IMG/VR virus record: IMGVR_UViG_2875713109_000001
Reading direction: 5' to 3' (one strand)
Length of the DNA: 64,000 bases
Source: a virus
Taxonomy: Duplodnaviria; Heunggongvirae; Uroviricota; Caudoviricetes
The position numbers and the translations under genes were made by a program. The notes beneath the pieces were generated by a model, which was given only the letters and a program-made list of their open reading frames with translations, was not told the origin of the DNA and made no database searches. Positions 9,692-19,532 of the stretch are shown here, in pieces (position 1 is the first letter of the stretch; each line of letters begins with the position of its first letter).

Positions 9692-10273
9692 TTACTGGAA
9701 CGCCCGAACAATATCGGAGCTGTTATATATCGAAGAACCGGTCAACTGGAGGTTGACGGTGTTTTTCAGGAAATGCCCATTGCTGTCCCTGGGCGCATCG
9801 AGATCGAAACTTATGTCCTGGATAGCGACATCAATGATGTTGATCCGGCGACCAATGTTTAGCGTCACACGCTCCGGGATTCGACCACCAATACTGGCAT
9901 CTTTAAGTTCCGGGCTAATCATCGCTGACAATGCGGCGATAGCTCCTGAAACCTCCGTGAATGGGTCAAACAAAGCGATGAAAGTTACTGGCAGCGTGAA
10001 AGTCGGCGGTGTTCCCCCTTCCCAAACCATTAAGCTGTTCCAACGGGCAACCGACGTTGTTTCAGTACCAACCTGCGCAAAACCACTGAAGGCACCAGCA
10101 ACAGATCCCATGGACATACCGGTAAACGGCGCTTCCCAATTCTGGGCCATGTTCATTGCCGCTCCCTGGCTGATATATCCGGTAACCTGGTACTGAGAGT
10201 TCGTTAAAGTAACTTTCAGATATGGCGATACACCGTCAGCCTGGCTGTAAACCCCATAAGGTATAGGTGCCAT
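9692..10273 (-). CDS. virion-associated hypothetical protein (193 aa)
   Basis: ORF in structural array. Confidence 0.4.
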   Translation of the reverse strand: MAPIPYGVYSQADGVSPYLKVTLTNSQYQVTGYISQGAAMNMAQNWEAPFTGMSMGSVAGAFSGFAQVGTETTSVARWNSLMVWEGGTPPTFTLPVTFIALFDPFTEVSGAIAALSAMISPELKDASIGGRIPERVTLNIGRRINIIDVAIQDISFDLDAPRDSNGHFLKNTVNLQLTGSSIYNSSDIVRAFQ

Positions 10274-10308
10274 TCAAGTTAAAGGCCGGAGTTCTCCGGC
10301 CTCCTCCT

Positions 10309-11124
10309 TTAGCCAAGGCGCTTACGGCGCAGTTTCATTGACTTTTTGCGGGCAAGTTTTGCCGCGCCGGTCTGGGCTTTTCGACGCGCTTTTTTCAGCG
10401 CCGATTTTTGAGCCGCAGTCAGACGTTTTTTACGCAGGCGTTTACGGATGAGTTTGATCTCACCGTTACGAACAACCTTCTTAAATGCTTCAGTCAGCAT
10501 TTCATCAGAAGTGCCAGCAACAACAAACGCCGCTTCCAGTTCGTCGCGGTCGTCGCTATCTAAACCAGCGATAGAGGCACCAACATCAGCAGCAGCGTCG
10601 TCGTCTTCATCGTCAGCCAGTGCTTCGATCAGGTCATCATCTACACCGCATGCTGCGAGGAAGTCAGCAACATTTGCCCATGCTTCGTTATAGGCATCGT
10701 CCTGTTCTTCTGTAACTTCGGAGTCGTCGTCATCAGAGATACCAGCGATAGCCTGAACGAAACCATCAAGGGAGTCGAAAGTCAGATCACCGCTATCAGC
10801 CCAGGCGAAAACGGCGTCGGCCGCATCACTCAACGCATTCTGCATAGCACTTCGATTTGCAGCTTCCAGAATCATCTGGTGCGCCTGTTCGACGGTCCAT
10901 TCTTTACCGTCTTTCCCTTCCAGGATTTGCTCAGGAGCCGGGGCAGATGGAACGTTATCGTTAGTCTGTGCCGCCGGTTCCGGATTATTATTAATAACCG
11001 GATCTGTTGGCGGTTCGGCGCTTGCTCGGGCAGACTCCATCAGCTGCACAGGATCAGAGTTCAAAGCGAAACGGGACAGTCCATTCCCCAAAAATGCCCC
11101 GGATTGAAAAAAGTTTTTGCTCAT
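10309..11124 (-). CDS. acidic protein with highly basic C-terminal tail (271 aa)
   Basis: D/E-rich body, C-terminal KRLRKKRLTAAQK...RRKRLG; ATG start with SD. Confidence 0.45.
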   Translation of the reverse strand: MSKNFFQSGAFLGNGLSRFALNSDPVQLMESARASAEPPTDPVINNNPEPAAQTNDNVPSAPAPEQILEGKDGKEWTVEQAHQMILEAANRSAMQNALSDAADAVFAWADSGDLTFDSLDGFVQAIAGISDDDDSEVTEEQDDAYNEAWANVADFLAACGVDDDLIEALADDEDDDAAADVGASIAGLDSDDRDELEAAFVVAGTSDEMLTEAFKKVVRNGEIKLIRKRLRKKRLTAAQKSALKKARRKAQTGAAKLARKKSMKLRRKRLG

Positions 11125-11133
11125 TGTATTCCC

Positions 11134-12723
11134 TTACTTAATAAGCAGCGGTACGCCCTGGATACGACGGGCTACGCCAGTCGGGCAGCAGGCCCAGACT
11201 ACTTCCCATTTATCGAATTCCGCCTGCGTAACTTTCAGCACATACGGTTCTGTACCGTCAGCATCAGGATCACGAGGAGCCACCAGAGCGCCGGAGGCGA
11301 CAAAGCGATCCAAAAGTTTGGTCATCCCTTTAGTCAGACCAGCGGCAGTAATACCGTCAGGGCTATGCTTCATCTGGCGGGCTAACTGGACAAAGAAACG
11401 GCTGATTGCATTCATCAGGGATGGGACGTGCTGGAAGTGCAGATAGTTATCCTGCGTGCAGCAAGTTAAAGCATCGTCGATGATCATCTGGCCAGAGGTG
11501 CCAACAGATACTTTATTGAGGCGGCCCTTAACCATTGCTTCTTCGTCCGGGGTATCTTCCGGATACAGCGGTTGAATTGACGCACGAGCAATGACGGCAC
11601 GTTCTTCACCAGCCGGTGAGTAATGCCAACCGCCGACATCAGAGTTTTTCTTGACGCCACGAGCTTTCGCCGCATACGCCGCGCCAGACAGACCGAAGAC
11701 CACACGGGATTGGGTCCATTTGTCTTTGCAGGAGAACGGGAAGTGATAGACAGAACAGCTTACATAATCGGTACCAAGTAAACCGGTGCCCTCAACAGCT
11801 GTTAGTGCTTCTGCGTACCTTAATGTCGGTTTGACATCAAAGAAGCCATCAATCAGGCGATCTGCACAGATTTTACCTAATGCGGTGATAGCCGCATTGT
11901 CATAGCAGCCCAGGCCAAGAACAGCGGTGTACATGTACGGCGCATTGTTCAGCACCTTAACCGCACGCAGGTACGCAGCGGTTGAGATTTTCGACTGATC
12001 ACCGTTGGTACCACCAGTGAACGCCAACGATTTTTTGTTTGTTACTTTCGCTGTAGAAATCAGATCTTCATTAACAACCGCGCGCAGATATTTAGAACGA
12101 GCTTCCAGAGCCGTAGGCAGATAACACAAGCGGCCCATGTCATCTTTCGCTTCTTCCGCCAAAGACACAGTGTGTGTCTCCAGGGTCGTTACCACACCAA
12201 GCGAAGTCGTCTGGGTCAGTTTTAAGATGAAGCGTTCATTACTCGCGCTGTCCGCTGTTGCCGTTTCGATGGTTAACTCACGGGTAGGTGAAATACACGG
12301 ATCACCATCATCAACGTAGATAGCAAAGGCTTCGCCGCTATCAAGTTCAATTTCAGAACCGTATGGCAACGCACTGTAAGCCGGTTCGCCTGATTCATCG
12401 AACATAATAATCGGGAACTTCGCATCATCCGGAACAGCACGGACAACATAACCAGACGTTTGCTGAATAGCTTCGTACACATGGCGAATTGGTTCGAACT
12501 GTGAGCCGGTAGACGGCTTCAGCGGTTCGCCGAGAACATCTTCGTAATTGGATTCAGTAACCGCAAGAACAGTAAACGGCTTGCCACGCGCAAATACGCC
12601 AATACCAGCCCATAAGCTGCTATTTAATGCAACACCGGTAGATAACGTCGCATCGGCATTGATCGGGCTAACCGCGACGCCGGATGCATTACCTAATGAC
12701 TGTTGAATTGAATATTGAGACAT
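11134..12723 (-). CDS. large virion structural protein (529 aa), candidate tail sheath
   Basis: Long ORF with AGGGAA SD directly downstream of the capsid-like gene; assignment by size and position only. Confidence 0.35.
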   Translation of the reverse strand: MSQYSIQQSLGNASGVAVSPINADATLSTGVALNSSLWAGIGVFARGKPFTVLAVTESNYEDVLGEPLKPSTGSQFEPIRHVYEAIQQTSGYVVRAVPDDAKFPIIMFDESGEPAYSALPYGSEIELDSGEAFAIYVDDGDPCISPTRELTIETATADSASNERFILKLTQTTSLGVVTTLETHTVSLAEEAKDDMGRLCYLPTALEARSKYLRAVVNEDLISTAKVTNKKSLAFTGGTNGDQSKISTAAYLRAVKVLNNAPYMYTAVLGLGCYDNAAITALGKICADRLIDGFFDVKPTLRYAEALTAVEGTGLLGTDYVSCSVYHFPFSCKDKWTQSRVVFGLSGAAYAAKARGVKKNSDVGGWHYSPAGEERAVIARASIQPLYPEDTPDEEAMVKGRLNKVSVGTSGQMIIDDALTCCTQDNYLHFQHVPSLMNAISRFFVQLARQMKHSPDGITAAGLTKGMTKLLDRFVASGALVAPRDPDADGTEPYVLKVTQAEFDKWEVVWACCPTGVARRIQGVPLLIK

Positions 12724-12783
12724 AACTTTCCCTGTTATGCGCCCCGCACGGGGGCGCTATGTTAAACGGAGAACTTCCCGTGA

Positions 12784-14490
12784 TTACTCAGAGTCACCGG
12801 CATCAATCATGTTACCGGTCAGGAAGTTAATTCCGCCATTTTTGGCCATAGTCAGAGTTACACGCGTGAAGTAGTCAGCGCCGTTACGTGGGTGCATATC
12901 GTTGATAGCCGAACCCCACAGAGTGGTTCGGTTAACTAGTGCCGGGGTGGTCGGATGCTGGAATGGGACAGCCGGGACTGCATCACCAGTTACGAAGCCC
13001 GCTTTGCCCGGATTTTCATCACGGACGTAGCACAGCACATCCATTGGGCTGAACTGGATACCGTCGGCGGTCAGGTTCGTACAAATACCTTCTGGTACTT
13101 CGAACACTTTGACGTTGCCGAACAGATTGCCAATGTAGTGGACGTATGGGGTCTGGATGTAATCTTCTGCTGGCTGGAAGAAATCCTTCGGCAATTGTTT
13201 GAAGAAAGATGCCGCATCAGCACCGGCATACATCCCCATCGCACCAGAAGATTTAATACGCTCAATAATACCGCGATATACCGTCTGGAATTTGCCTCGA
13301 ATGATGGTTGCCCACACATCAAAGGACTGGTTAGCTGGCAGTGCAATATCAAAGGAGTCGGTCGCAAGAGTTCGCCAAATCATGATACGAAGACGAAGCA
13401 TATCTTGCTCATGGGACAGGTATTCCTTCAGGGTGCGGAACTGTAGGGAGCCAAGATCCAGACCAAATTCACGCTGTGCTTCATACGCCGCCTGTACCGT
13501 GTGCTCAGCCGCGATGACGAACTGGTTTGGGAACAGGGTGTAACTCTTCATTTCGTGGTTGATAAGTGGGATCAGCTCAGGAGCTGCTTCTATATTGATC
13601 TCCGCCTCAATGGCGATCTCTGTACCTTTATCTGGCGCTTTGGAGAACGACAGGACAATCTGACCAACGTTGTAATTCAAAGAGCAAGTAACAGTGATTT
13701 GTTCGCCTGCTTTGTTATTGAATGTGTGAAGCAGAGTGCCGGAGCCGTTATCAACAACAGACTTAATACGGTTAACGTAGATGTTTGTGCGACCTTTGCG
13801 AATCGGGACATTCTGACCTTCGACATCTTCCATCTTGAAGGTTGCAGTTTTGCTGGTGCCGTCGGAGCTTGCAACCAGCACATAGCGGCGGCGCAACTGG
13901 CTGTACACGCCAACGGATTGCATGTCCAGAACATCACCAATAGCATAAGAGCCAAAAGAAGAACCCGCTACGTTAAAGATTTCATAGATTTCGGACTTGT
14001 CACGCGTAACCGGAATGAATGTACACGCATCAGCGGTAGCTGCCCCCAACTGAACAGGCAGGATCATCGCCAGGAATAAAGGCAGACGCATAACCCCGTC
14101 AGAAACACTCATCATCTCTGCCGCGACTGATTCCAGCATCGCTTTATTGGTGGCATCCATGCTATTGCGGGTGGACTCAATCAGGCAGTTTTCCAGCGTC
14201 TGGTGGCAGGAGGCCAGAATTTCCGGACGTGGCATAGATTTATGTGTTGCGGCGTAGTCAGCCAGTGCACTTGCCCACGCTGTAGCGATTTGAGCGGTGG
14301 CATTATCAGAGATACCCGCAAAAATTGGGTCTTTACGTGCAGCTTCAAGGATAGATGCGGCACGCGCGGCATCATCTTTAATGAATTGGTTATCAGTACC
14401 GAACTGCGCAGTGCTTGCCCAGCCAAGCACAGCTTTAGAGCGTTTTGCGATATCTGCAATACGATTCTGGTATTCGCGTAAGTTACTCAA
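12784..14490 (-). CDS. large virion structural protein (about 568 aa), candidate major head protein
   Basis: Long ORF adjacent to parS/parB as gene 23 is in P1; probable TTG start at 14490 after AGGAAG SD (track start 14511 is also TTG). Confidence 0.35.
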   Translation of the reverse strand: MSNLREYQNRIADIAKRSKAVLGWASTAQFGTDNQFIKDDAARAASILEAARKDPIFAGISDNATAQIATAWASALADYAATHKSMPRPEILASCHQTLENCLIESTRNSMDATNKAMLESVAAEMMSVSDGVMRLPLFLAMILPVQLGAATADACTFIPVTRDKSEIYEIFNVAGSSFGSYAIGDVLDMQSVGVYSQLRRRYVLVASSDGTSKTATFKMEDVEGQNVPIRKGRTNIYVNRIKSVVDNGSGTLLHTFNNKAGEQITVTCSLNYNVGQIVLSFSKAPDKGTEIAIEAEINIEAAPELIPLINHEMKSYTLFPNQFVIAAEHTVQAAYEAQREFGLDLGSLQFRTLKEYLSHEQDMLRLRIMIWRTLATDSFDIALPANQSFDVWATIIRGKFQTVYRGIIERIKSSGAMGMYAGADAASFFKQLPKDFFQPAEDYIQTPYVHYIGNLFGNVKVFEVPEGICTNLTADGIQFSPMDVLCYVRDENPGKAGFVTGDAVPAVPFQHPTTPALVNRTTLWGSAINDMHPRNGADYFTRVTLTMAKNGGINFLTGNMIDAGDSE

Positions 14491-14534
14491 TTTACTCTTC
14501 CTTAAACACAAGGCACTTGTGTGAATCCCTTTTC

Positions 14535-14725
14535 GGAAGAGATTTTATTGAAAGTCACTTGTTGACTTTCTCGCGAAAAGTAATTTTTTAAATTTTTTTG
14601 TGCGGGGAGGAGAACGAGTAATACAGGCGTTAAATTGTGGGAATTTCAGCCTGAAATCTTTTATGAATATTTATATATATCATGCACTTATACATGAAAT
14701 CGGCGCGGGACATTTTAGGCAGAGG
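14535..14725. other. putative parS centromere region
   Basis: Non-coding AT-rich region downstream of parB with palindrome gaaagtcacttgttgactttc (14550-14570), TCGCGA hexamer and atttcag/ctgaaat inverted heptamers resembling ParB box elements. Confidence 0.35.
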
Positions 14726-14756
14726 AGGAGGCTAAAACCACCTCCCACCAGCTGGA

Positions 14757-15722
14757 TTATTCCCCAGCAGACATTTTCCCAATGATTTTTTTTATTGCTT
14801 CGTCAATTTCAGTTTGCACTTCAGACGGGAGTCTGGAGAACTCGTAGGCGACTACCCGTTTTTTCGGATCAGACTTCTTTCTGGCGTATTGACGACGGTC
14901 AGAGAAGTCTCGCAGCTTCTCAACCACCACAGATTTAACCGGCGCGGGCTTCAGGCTTTTGCTTTCCGCTTTGAAGATAGCCAGTATCTTCGCTTTATCC
15001 TCTTTCGCGCCCTCAGTCTCTGCAATTCGTTCGCGCACCGTATCAACCAGCTCTTCAATAGGTACGCTTTTAGCGTTGGCATCCTCGGAGATCTGGAGCA
15101 GTAACTGGTAATCTGGCAGGGCGAGATCGCTGGCAACAGGGAAGACAGCAATCATCTCATCCGGCACCGCTGCCGCCTGGAACGCGCGCGTAACTTTAGC
15201 CTTTGAAATGTTCTCAGCGCGGGCGATCTCTTCTTTGGTCATGCTCTTACCATACATAACCTCGAAGCGTTTACCCAGTTCGCGCAGGGTGTGTTCGCGG
15301 GCTGTCTGGATATCAATGGCCAGCTGGCGTGCATCCGCCAGGCTGATCTCATCTTTCGTCACCAGAATCTCAAATTTCGTTTCATTAAAGATACACGCAG
15401 CGCGGCGACGTGATCCGTCCAATACCTCAATGCGCTCCCCAACCATACGACCGATAGCCGGGAAGAACTGTTGCAATTTAATGGTGCGGGAAATATCGCT
15501 TACCGACTCAGGGGTGAGCAGAGACTGATCGCGGCCGTTAACTGCCGGGTCAACGAACGTGCGCGACTCAATCTCACCACTCAGCACAACGGTAAGCAAA
15601 AATTTAGCCTGGCGGCCAGATTTTAGGGTAAAGGTTTTGGTGCCTTCACTGCCTTCAAGCATGCGAGCAAACTCGGAGCTATTCTTGCCCAGCACTCGTC
15701 CACGGGAAACTATTTTTTTCAT
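14757..15722 (-). CDS. parB: ParB partition protein
   Basis: 321 aa immediately downstream of and overlapping parA; position between parA and centromere-like region. Confidence 0.75.
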   Translation of the reverse strand: MKKIVSRGRVLGKNSSEFARMLEGSEGTKTFTLKSGRQAKFLLTVVLSGEIESRTFVDPAVNGRDQSLLTPESVSDISRTIKLQQFFPAIGRMVGERIEVLDGSRRRAACIFNETKFEILVTKDEISLADARQLAIDIQTAREHTLRELGKRFEVMYGKSMTKEEIARAENISKAKVTRAFQAAAVPDEMIAVFPVASDLALPDYQLLLQISEDANAKSVPIEELVDTVRERIAETEGAKEDKAKILAIFKAESKSLKPAPVKSVVVEKLRDFSDRRQYARKKSDPKKRVVAYEFSRLPSEVQTEIDEAIKKIIGKMSAGE

Positions 15723-16930
15723 GCCGCCTCACCCCTAACAAACTCAATTCGATCAAACACAGCCTTAGTGAAACGCTCGGCCTCGGTTCGTGCCTTCTTC
15801 AGCGCCTCTGCGCTGCCTGGATACGATTGCGGGTTGGCACTGATTACGGTGTCGAAAGACTCGCCGCATCGCTCAAATCCATCCAGACGAGGCAGAGAAG
15901 AGTCCAGAATGTTGCTGGCGTAAACCTCACGCGCAAGGCTGTGTGATGTCTCGTGATCGCGCTTGCCGGTCATCTTCGACATAAAACCAATGCTGGCGCT
16001 TAAACGCGGTTCTACGCCTTCCTCCTCCAGTTGCTCCAGCATTTCTGGCAGACGGGTGAGATATTTCAGTGTTGAGTGGAAGTCAACCTGGGCTGGTGGG
16101 GTAGGGGTAAGCAGCAAATCGCTGGCCGCCAGACCGTTGAGCAGGAACGGATCCAGGTGTGGACCGGTATCAATAAAGATAAAGTCATAATCATCCGCAA
16201 CACGATCAATGATATTGCGTCGAAGGATTTCGTACTGATTTTGTCCGGGAAGATGCTCTTCAACCAGCTCTTTCCATTGGCTGGCAACAAAGCCATCGTC
16301 GATAGAGGCTGGAATCACGTCTACGCCAGGAACGATGGTCGGACGAATCACCTCTTTGCGTAGCGTCTCCGCGTCCAGGTCGTTCAGCATCGCCTGCGCA
16401 GCGGTTTCCAGGATGGAACCAATACTGTGAGTATGGTCGAGGAACATTGTGCTGGATGCCTGAGGGTCAAGGTCAATTACCAGAATACGCAGATCGTGAC
16501 GCAGTAAATCCTGATGCACACGCAGAGCGTGCGCCAACGTGACTGTGGAAACCGTTTTGGATACGCCACCCTTCAGGTTTACGACAAAAATAACGTAAGG
16601 CGATTTGTGAATGTCGCGATATTTTGGGATCTTACGGTGGGCATAGATATCAATGACGTTCTGGATGGTCAGCGCGTACTGTTCAACGTTACCGACCTGT
16701 TTCTTGTTGAACTGGTACCCATTATCTTCCATCTCTTTGATGGCCTGCTCCACAATGCGGCGGCTCAGCTTCGGCAACTTTGCCACAGCGTTACGAGTGA
16801 ACGTCTGATAATACTCGGTCTGATTGAACTCTTTGCGCTGATCTTCAATATCCTGACTCATGGCCTTAAGTAATGCGCTTGCACGAAGAGCTATGGTGCC
16901 GACACCGCCGTAATCGCGTTTCATCATCAT
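15719..16930 (-). CDS. parA: ParA partition ATPase
   Basis: Deviant Walker A KGGVSKT in YVIFVVNLKGGVSKTVSTVTLAHA; recognisable but diverged similarity to recalled P1 ParA (e.g. LPRLDGFERCGESFDTVISANP conserved). Confidence 0.85.
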   Translation of the reverse strand: MMMKRDYGGVGTIALRASALLKAMSQDIEDQRKEFNQTEYYQTFTRNAVAKLPKLSRRIVEQAIKEMEDNGYQFNKKQVGNVEQYALTIQNVIDIYAHRKIPKYRDIHKSPYVIFVVNLKGGVSKTVSTVTLAHALRVHQDLLRHDLRILVIDLDPQASSTMFLDHTHSIGSILETAAQAMLNDLDAETLRKEVIRPTIVPGVDVIPASIDDGFVASQWKELVEEHLPGQNQYEILRRNIIDRVADDYDFIFIDTGPHLDPFLLNGLAASDLLLTPTPPAQVDFHSTLKYLTRLPEMLEQLEEEGVEPRLSASIGFMSKMTGKRDHETSHSLAREVYASNILDSSLPRLDGFERCGESFDTVISANPQSYPGSAEALKKARTEAERFTKAVFDRIEFVRGEAA

Positions 16931-17038
16931 CTCCTTATCATTTCGTATGAGTGAATTGTACGTTTGATTCTGCTACGTGCAACTTATTTTGATTTGTGCG
17001 TAAATTATTGCACGTAAAAAATGGCGATGAGGCTATTA

Positions 17039-17323
17039 GATGTGTGCTGGAGGGATGATGCAGGACCAGAATGTGCGATAGAGGGAAGTCGCATTGAATT
17101 ATGTGTTGTGGAGGGATCGCTGGTATCAAATATGTGCGCTGAAGGGAAAGATAGAAGATTAGATGTGCGCTGGAGGGAAACTTGGATGGTTAGATGTGTG
17201 CTGGAGGGAATGTCTGGGCAAACTGCGTGGCGCAACCCTCCAGCGCACACCAAAAACAGGAAAATGGGCAGGCATTCCCGGCAGCGCACATTTTTCAAAT
17301 GCAGCTGCCCTCCAGCACACACT
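17039..17323. repeat. incA iteron array (9 copies of 19-bp RepA-binding repeat, 6 forward and 3 inverted)
   Basis: Repeats of GATGTGTGCTGGAGGGAAA-like units directly downstream of repA. Confidence 0.75.
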
Positions 17324-18183
17324 TATTCGGGAAGTTTCAGCTTTGGATTGCGAGAATGGACGATTACAAAACTTTCCCGGCCTTTCTTCTCAATTGAACA
17401 GTCGAGATAGCCGATTGTTTTAAGCTGTTCTATCGCTTTCTTAATGATACGGTTTTGCTCGCCAACAGCTGACTGCAAAGCCAGGCGCTCACGGATTCGC
17501 GCGAACGATAGCGGCAACGGGTTCTGCGGAAGGCTTTCGATGAAAGTGTAAATGGCTTGTGCAGCTTCTTTCTTCGGAAGGGCACGCAAGGCGTGGTGTT
17601 GCAACAGAACGCGATAATCAAGCTGGAACAGCTCCCAGAGCTTCGAATCGGCCTCCAGCTCTATCAGATCAAGGTCAGCATCAAAACGCCCGACCTTCAG
17701 CAGACCAGTCTGATAGCCGCCTTTAGCATCTTTTCCGCGCTTAAAAGCGATACCCTTGTTACGCAAGCGTCCAAGTGATTCATGAATGGTTAAACGCAGT
17801 TTCGCATCCAGACGTTTTGAGGGGAAACCACAGGCTTTAGCGAACTCCTGAAACGATAACTGGATGGTGTTTGAAGACAAGCCGTATTTGCTGAACGCGT
17901 AGATGACACCGATCCACGTTTTGAAATCAGTATCCATATCGAGTCGAGGACCGGTGATTTTAATATCATCGTAACCCTCGGCTTTAGCTATCTCCAGCTG
18001 GGAAAACGCTTTGGTGGCATCAATCTCTTTACTTTCTCCTTTGCTCTTTGATGGCTTCGGCACGAATACCCCCAAGCGCATCAACGCTACAGGCTGCACA
18101 GTGTTGTTTGAATTAACTGTTAGTTCTTTTGCCTTACTTTCAATGTCTGCGTAAAGAATATCGGAGATAAATGATTGATTCAT
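17323..18183 (-). CDS. repA: RepA plasmid replication initiator
   Basis: 286 aa as in P1 RepA; flanked by 5 iterons upstream and 9 downstream, with DnaA boxes and GATC cluster upstream. Confidence 0.85.
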   Translation of the reverse strand: MNQSFISDILYADIESKAKELTVNSNNTVQPVALMRLGVFVPKPSKSKGESKEIDATKAFSQLEIAKAEGYDDIKITGPRLDMDTDFKTWIGVIYAFSKYGLSSNTIQLSFQEFAKACGFPSKRLDAKLRLTIHESLGRLRNKGIAFKRGKDAKGGYQTGLLKVGRFDADLDLIELEADSKLWELFQLDYRVLLQHHALRALPKKEAAQAIYTFIESLPQNPLPLSFARIRERLALQSAVGEQNRIIKKAIEQLKTIGYLDCSIEKKGRESFVIVHSRNPKLKLPE

Positions 18184-18240
18184 ATTACTTTTTCCGAATT
18201 ATGTGGATAGTTTTTATAAGTGGTGATAACTACCCAGGCT

Positions 18241-18343
18241 TTCCCGTCAGCACACATCCTATATCCCGCCAGCACACATTAGCAACCCGTCAGCACACAT
18301 TTTTATCCCTCCAGCACACATCGTTTTCCCTCCAGCACACATC
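18241..18343. repeat. incC iteron array (5 direct 19-bp repeats) of oriR
   Basis: Five tandem TTTCCCTCCAGCACACATC-like units upstream of repA start. Confidence 0.75.
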
Positions 18344-18374
18344 GCGATACACTTCTAAGCCAGACGTGGCGCGG

Positions 18375-18460
18375 CCTGCAACGATCAGGGATCTATATGG
18401 ATCTAATTGGGATCTGTATGGACCTAATTATTGGATCTACCCAGTGGATAATGTGGATAA
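18375..18460. other. oriR accessory region: five GATC sites and two DnaA boxes
   Basis: GATC at 18383, 18390, 18400, 18411, 18434; agtggataa and tgtggataa (TTATCCACA reverse) at 18442-18460. Confidence 0.6.
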
Positions 18461-18500
18461 GTGAAAAACCGGCCAACATAGCCGGTTGGAAGGAAGGGTA

Positions 18501-18893
18501 TTATTCTACGCTTTCGATAAGAAGACCATGTTCATAACATTTAAGCTCATCGCCTTCGTACAGGAATTGGTATCCAATACCACCATTTTCATGGACATTA
18601 GGGAATAACTCATAACTCACTGAAGAGCAAATCACACCAATGCAGCGATCAACGCCTTCTCGTCCTTCAGTGCTGAAAAAATCCTCTTCGGTAAGAACAT
18701 GAGTACATTGCTCATCAGCATAGGTCGGAAATACATGCTCGATGCAATCCGGGTGTTTTAAACCAAGCTGATCGGCAAGCTCGAAAGCATGACGGTATTG
18801 TTCAGATCCTGGCTTGCCAACAGTGATGTGCTCAATTTTGTAGATTGAAGTCGCTTTGTTGATAGTTTTCTTTACTGTTACTTTATCAGACAT
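18501..18893 (-). CDS. hypothetical protein (130 aa)
   Basis: ORF downstream of spanin-like pair on minus strand. Confidence 0.4.
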   Translation of the reverse strand: MSDKVTVKKTINKATSIYKIEHITVGKPGSEQYRHAFELADQLGLKHPDCIEHVFPTYADEQCTHVLTEEDFFSTEGREGVDRCIGVICSSVSYELFPNVHENGGIGYQFLYEGDELKCYEHGLLIESVE

Positions 18894-18904
18894 AAAAATC
18901 CCTT

Positions 18905-19237
18905 TTAGTTACCTCTGATAGCGCGGTTGTAATCATTAACGTTGCGATTCTTCCTGTTAATCCCCATCAGCATCGTTTCTGTATCGAGGATATACGCTGG
19001 CAGATCATCAAAATATTCACTGCTAAACTCTGGCATCCTGCACATAAATGCACTTTTGGGGGCAGGGTGGTTAACCTTTGTCGGCGTCGGCGTTAAATTC
19101 GGTGATCGACTGCCGGAGCAACCGCTGAGTGTCAGCAGGAATGCGCTGGCGAACATTACCCGCCGCAACCAGTTGTTTCTGAACTTCAGCTTTTCGTTCC
19201 ATTTGCCTGTCAGCATATTTGGCTTGTTCTGATTCAT
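18905..19237 (-). CDS. o-spanin-like lipoprotein (Rz1-like), overlapping the 3' end of the upstream gene
   Basis: Lipobox LTLSGC, Pro-rich mature region with late Cys; AGGAAG SD before ATG 19237; frame-shifted overlap with 19071-19493 typical of Rz/Rz1 pairs. Confidence 0.4.
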   Translation of the reverse strand: MNQNKPNMLTGKWNEKLKFRNNWLRRVMFASAFLLTLSGCSGSRSPNLTPTPTKVNHPAPKSAFMCRMPEFSSEYFDDLPAYILDTETMLMGINRKNRNVNDYNRAIRGN

Positions 19238-19493
19238 TTTTCACTTCCTGGCTGTGAAAATGTTGCTCTGCTTTGTTCATCGTCTCAATGGTCTGGTTAA
19301 GATCCATTATTGACTTATCACGTTCCTTAACAGCCTGATCAAGACTGCCAATTTTCTCCATGGCTTGCTTTAGCTGATGACGTTCCCATGCAAACCCAGC
19401 ACCAACAAGTGTGCAAATCAGAACAAGAACACCAGTAGCAGCAAGTTTCTCCTTCAAAGACAAAGCTGTTTTTAACGTAGAAAAGAATGACAT
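19071..19493 (-). CDS. i-spanin-like protein (Rz-like): N-terminal TM plus coiled coil
   Basis: AGGAGG SD 5 nt before ATG at 19493; TM LAATGVLVLICTLVGAGFAW then charged helical region. Confidence 0.4.
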   Translation of the reverse strand: MSFFSTLKTALSLKEKLAATGVLVLICTLVGAGFAWERHQLKQAMEKIGSLDQAVKERDKSIMDLNQTIETMNKAEQHFHSQEVKNESEQAKYADRQMERKAEVQKQLVAAGNVRQRIPADTQRLLRQSITEFNADADKG

Positions 19494-19532
19494 GTCTTCC
19501 TCCTGAAGAAAAATTATCAATGAAGTCCTTTG

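Noticed and set aside
17005-17423. Several 60-130-aa ORFs on both strands over the incA iterons
   Set aside because: They are generated by the repeated iteron sequence itself (reiterated CAGGGKLGWLDVCWRE-type peptides) and lie in a known non-coding control region
17039-18343. Arrays of short direct repeats that could be mistaken for a CRISPR array
   Set aside because: Repeats are 19-bp units packed at about 21-32 bp centre-to-centre without unique spacers, occur in both orientations, and flank repA; they are plasmid iterons (incA/incC), and no cas genes are present
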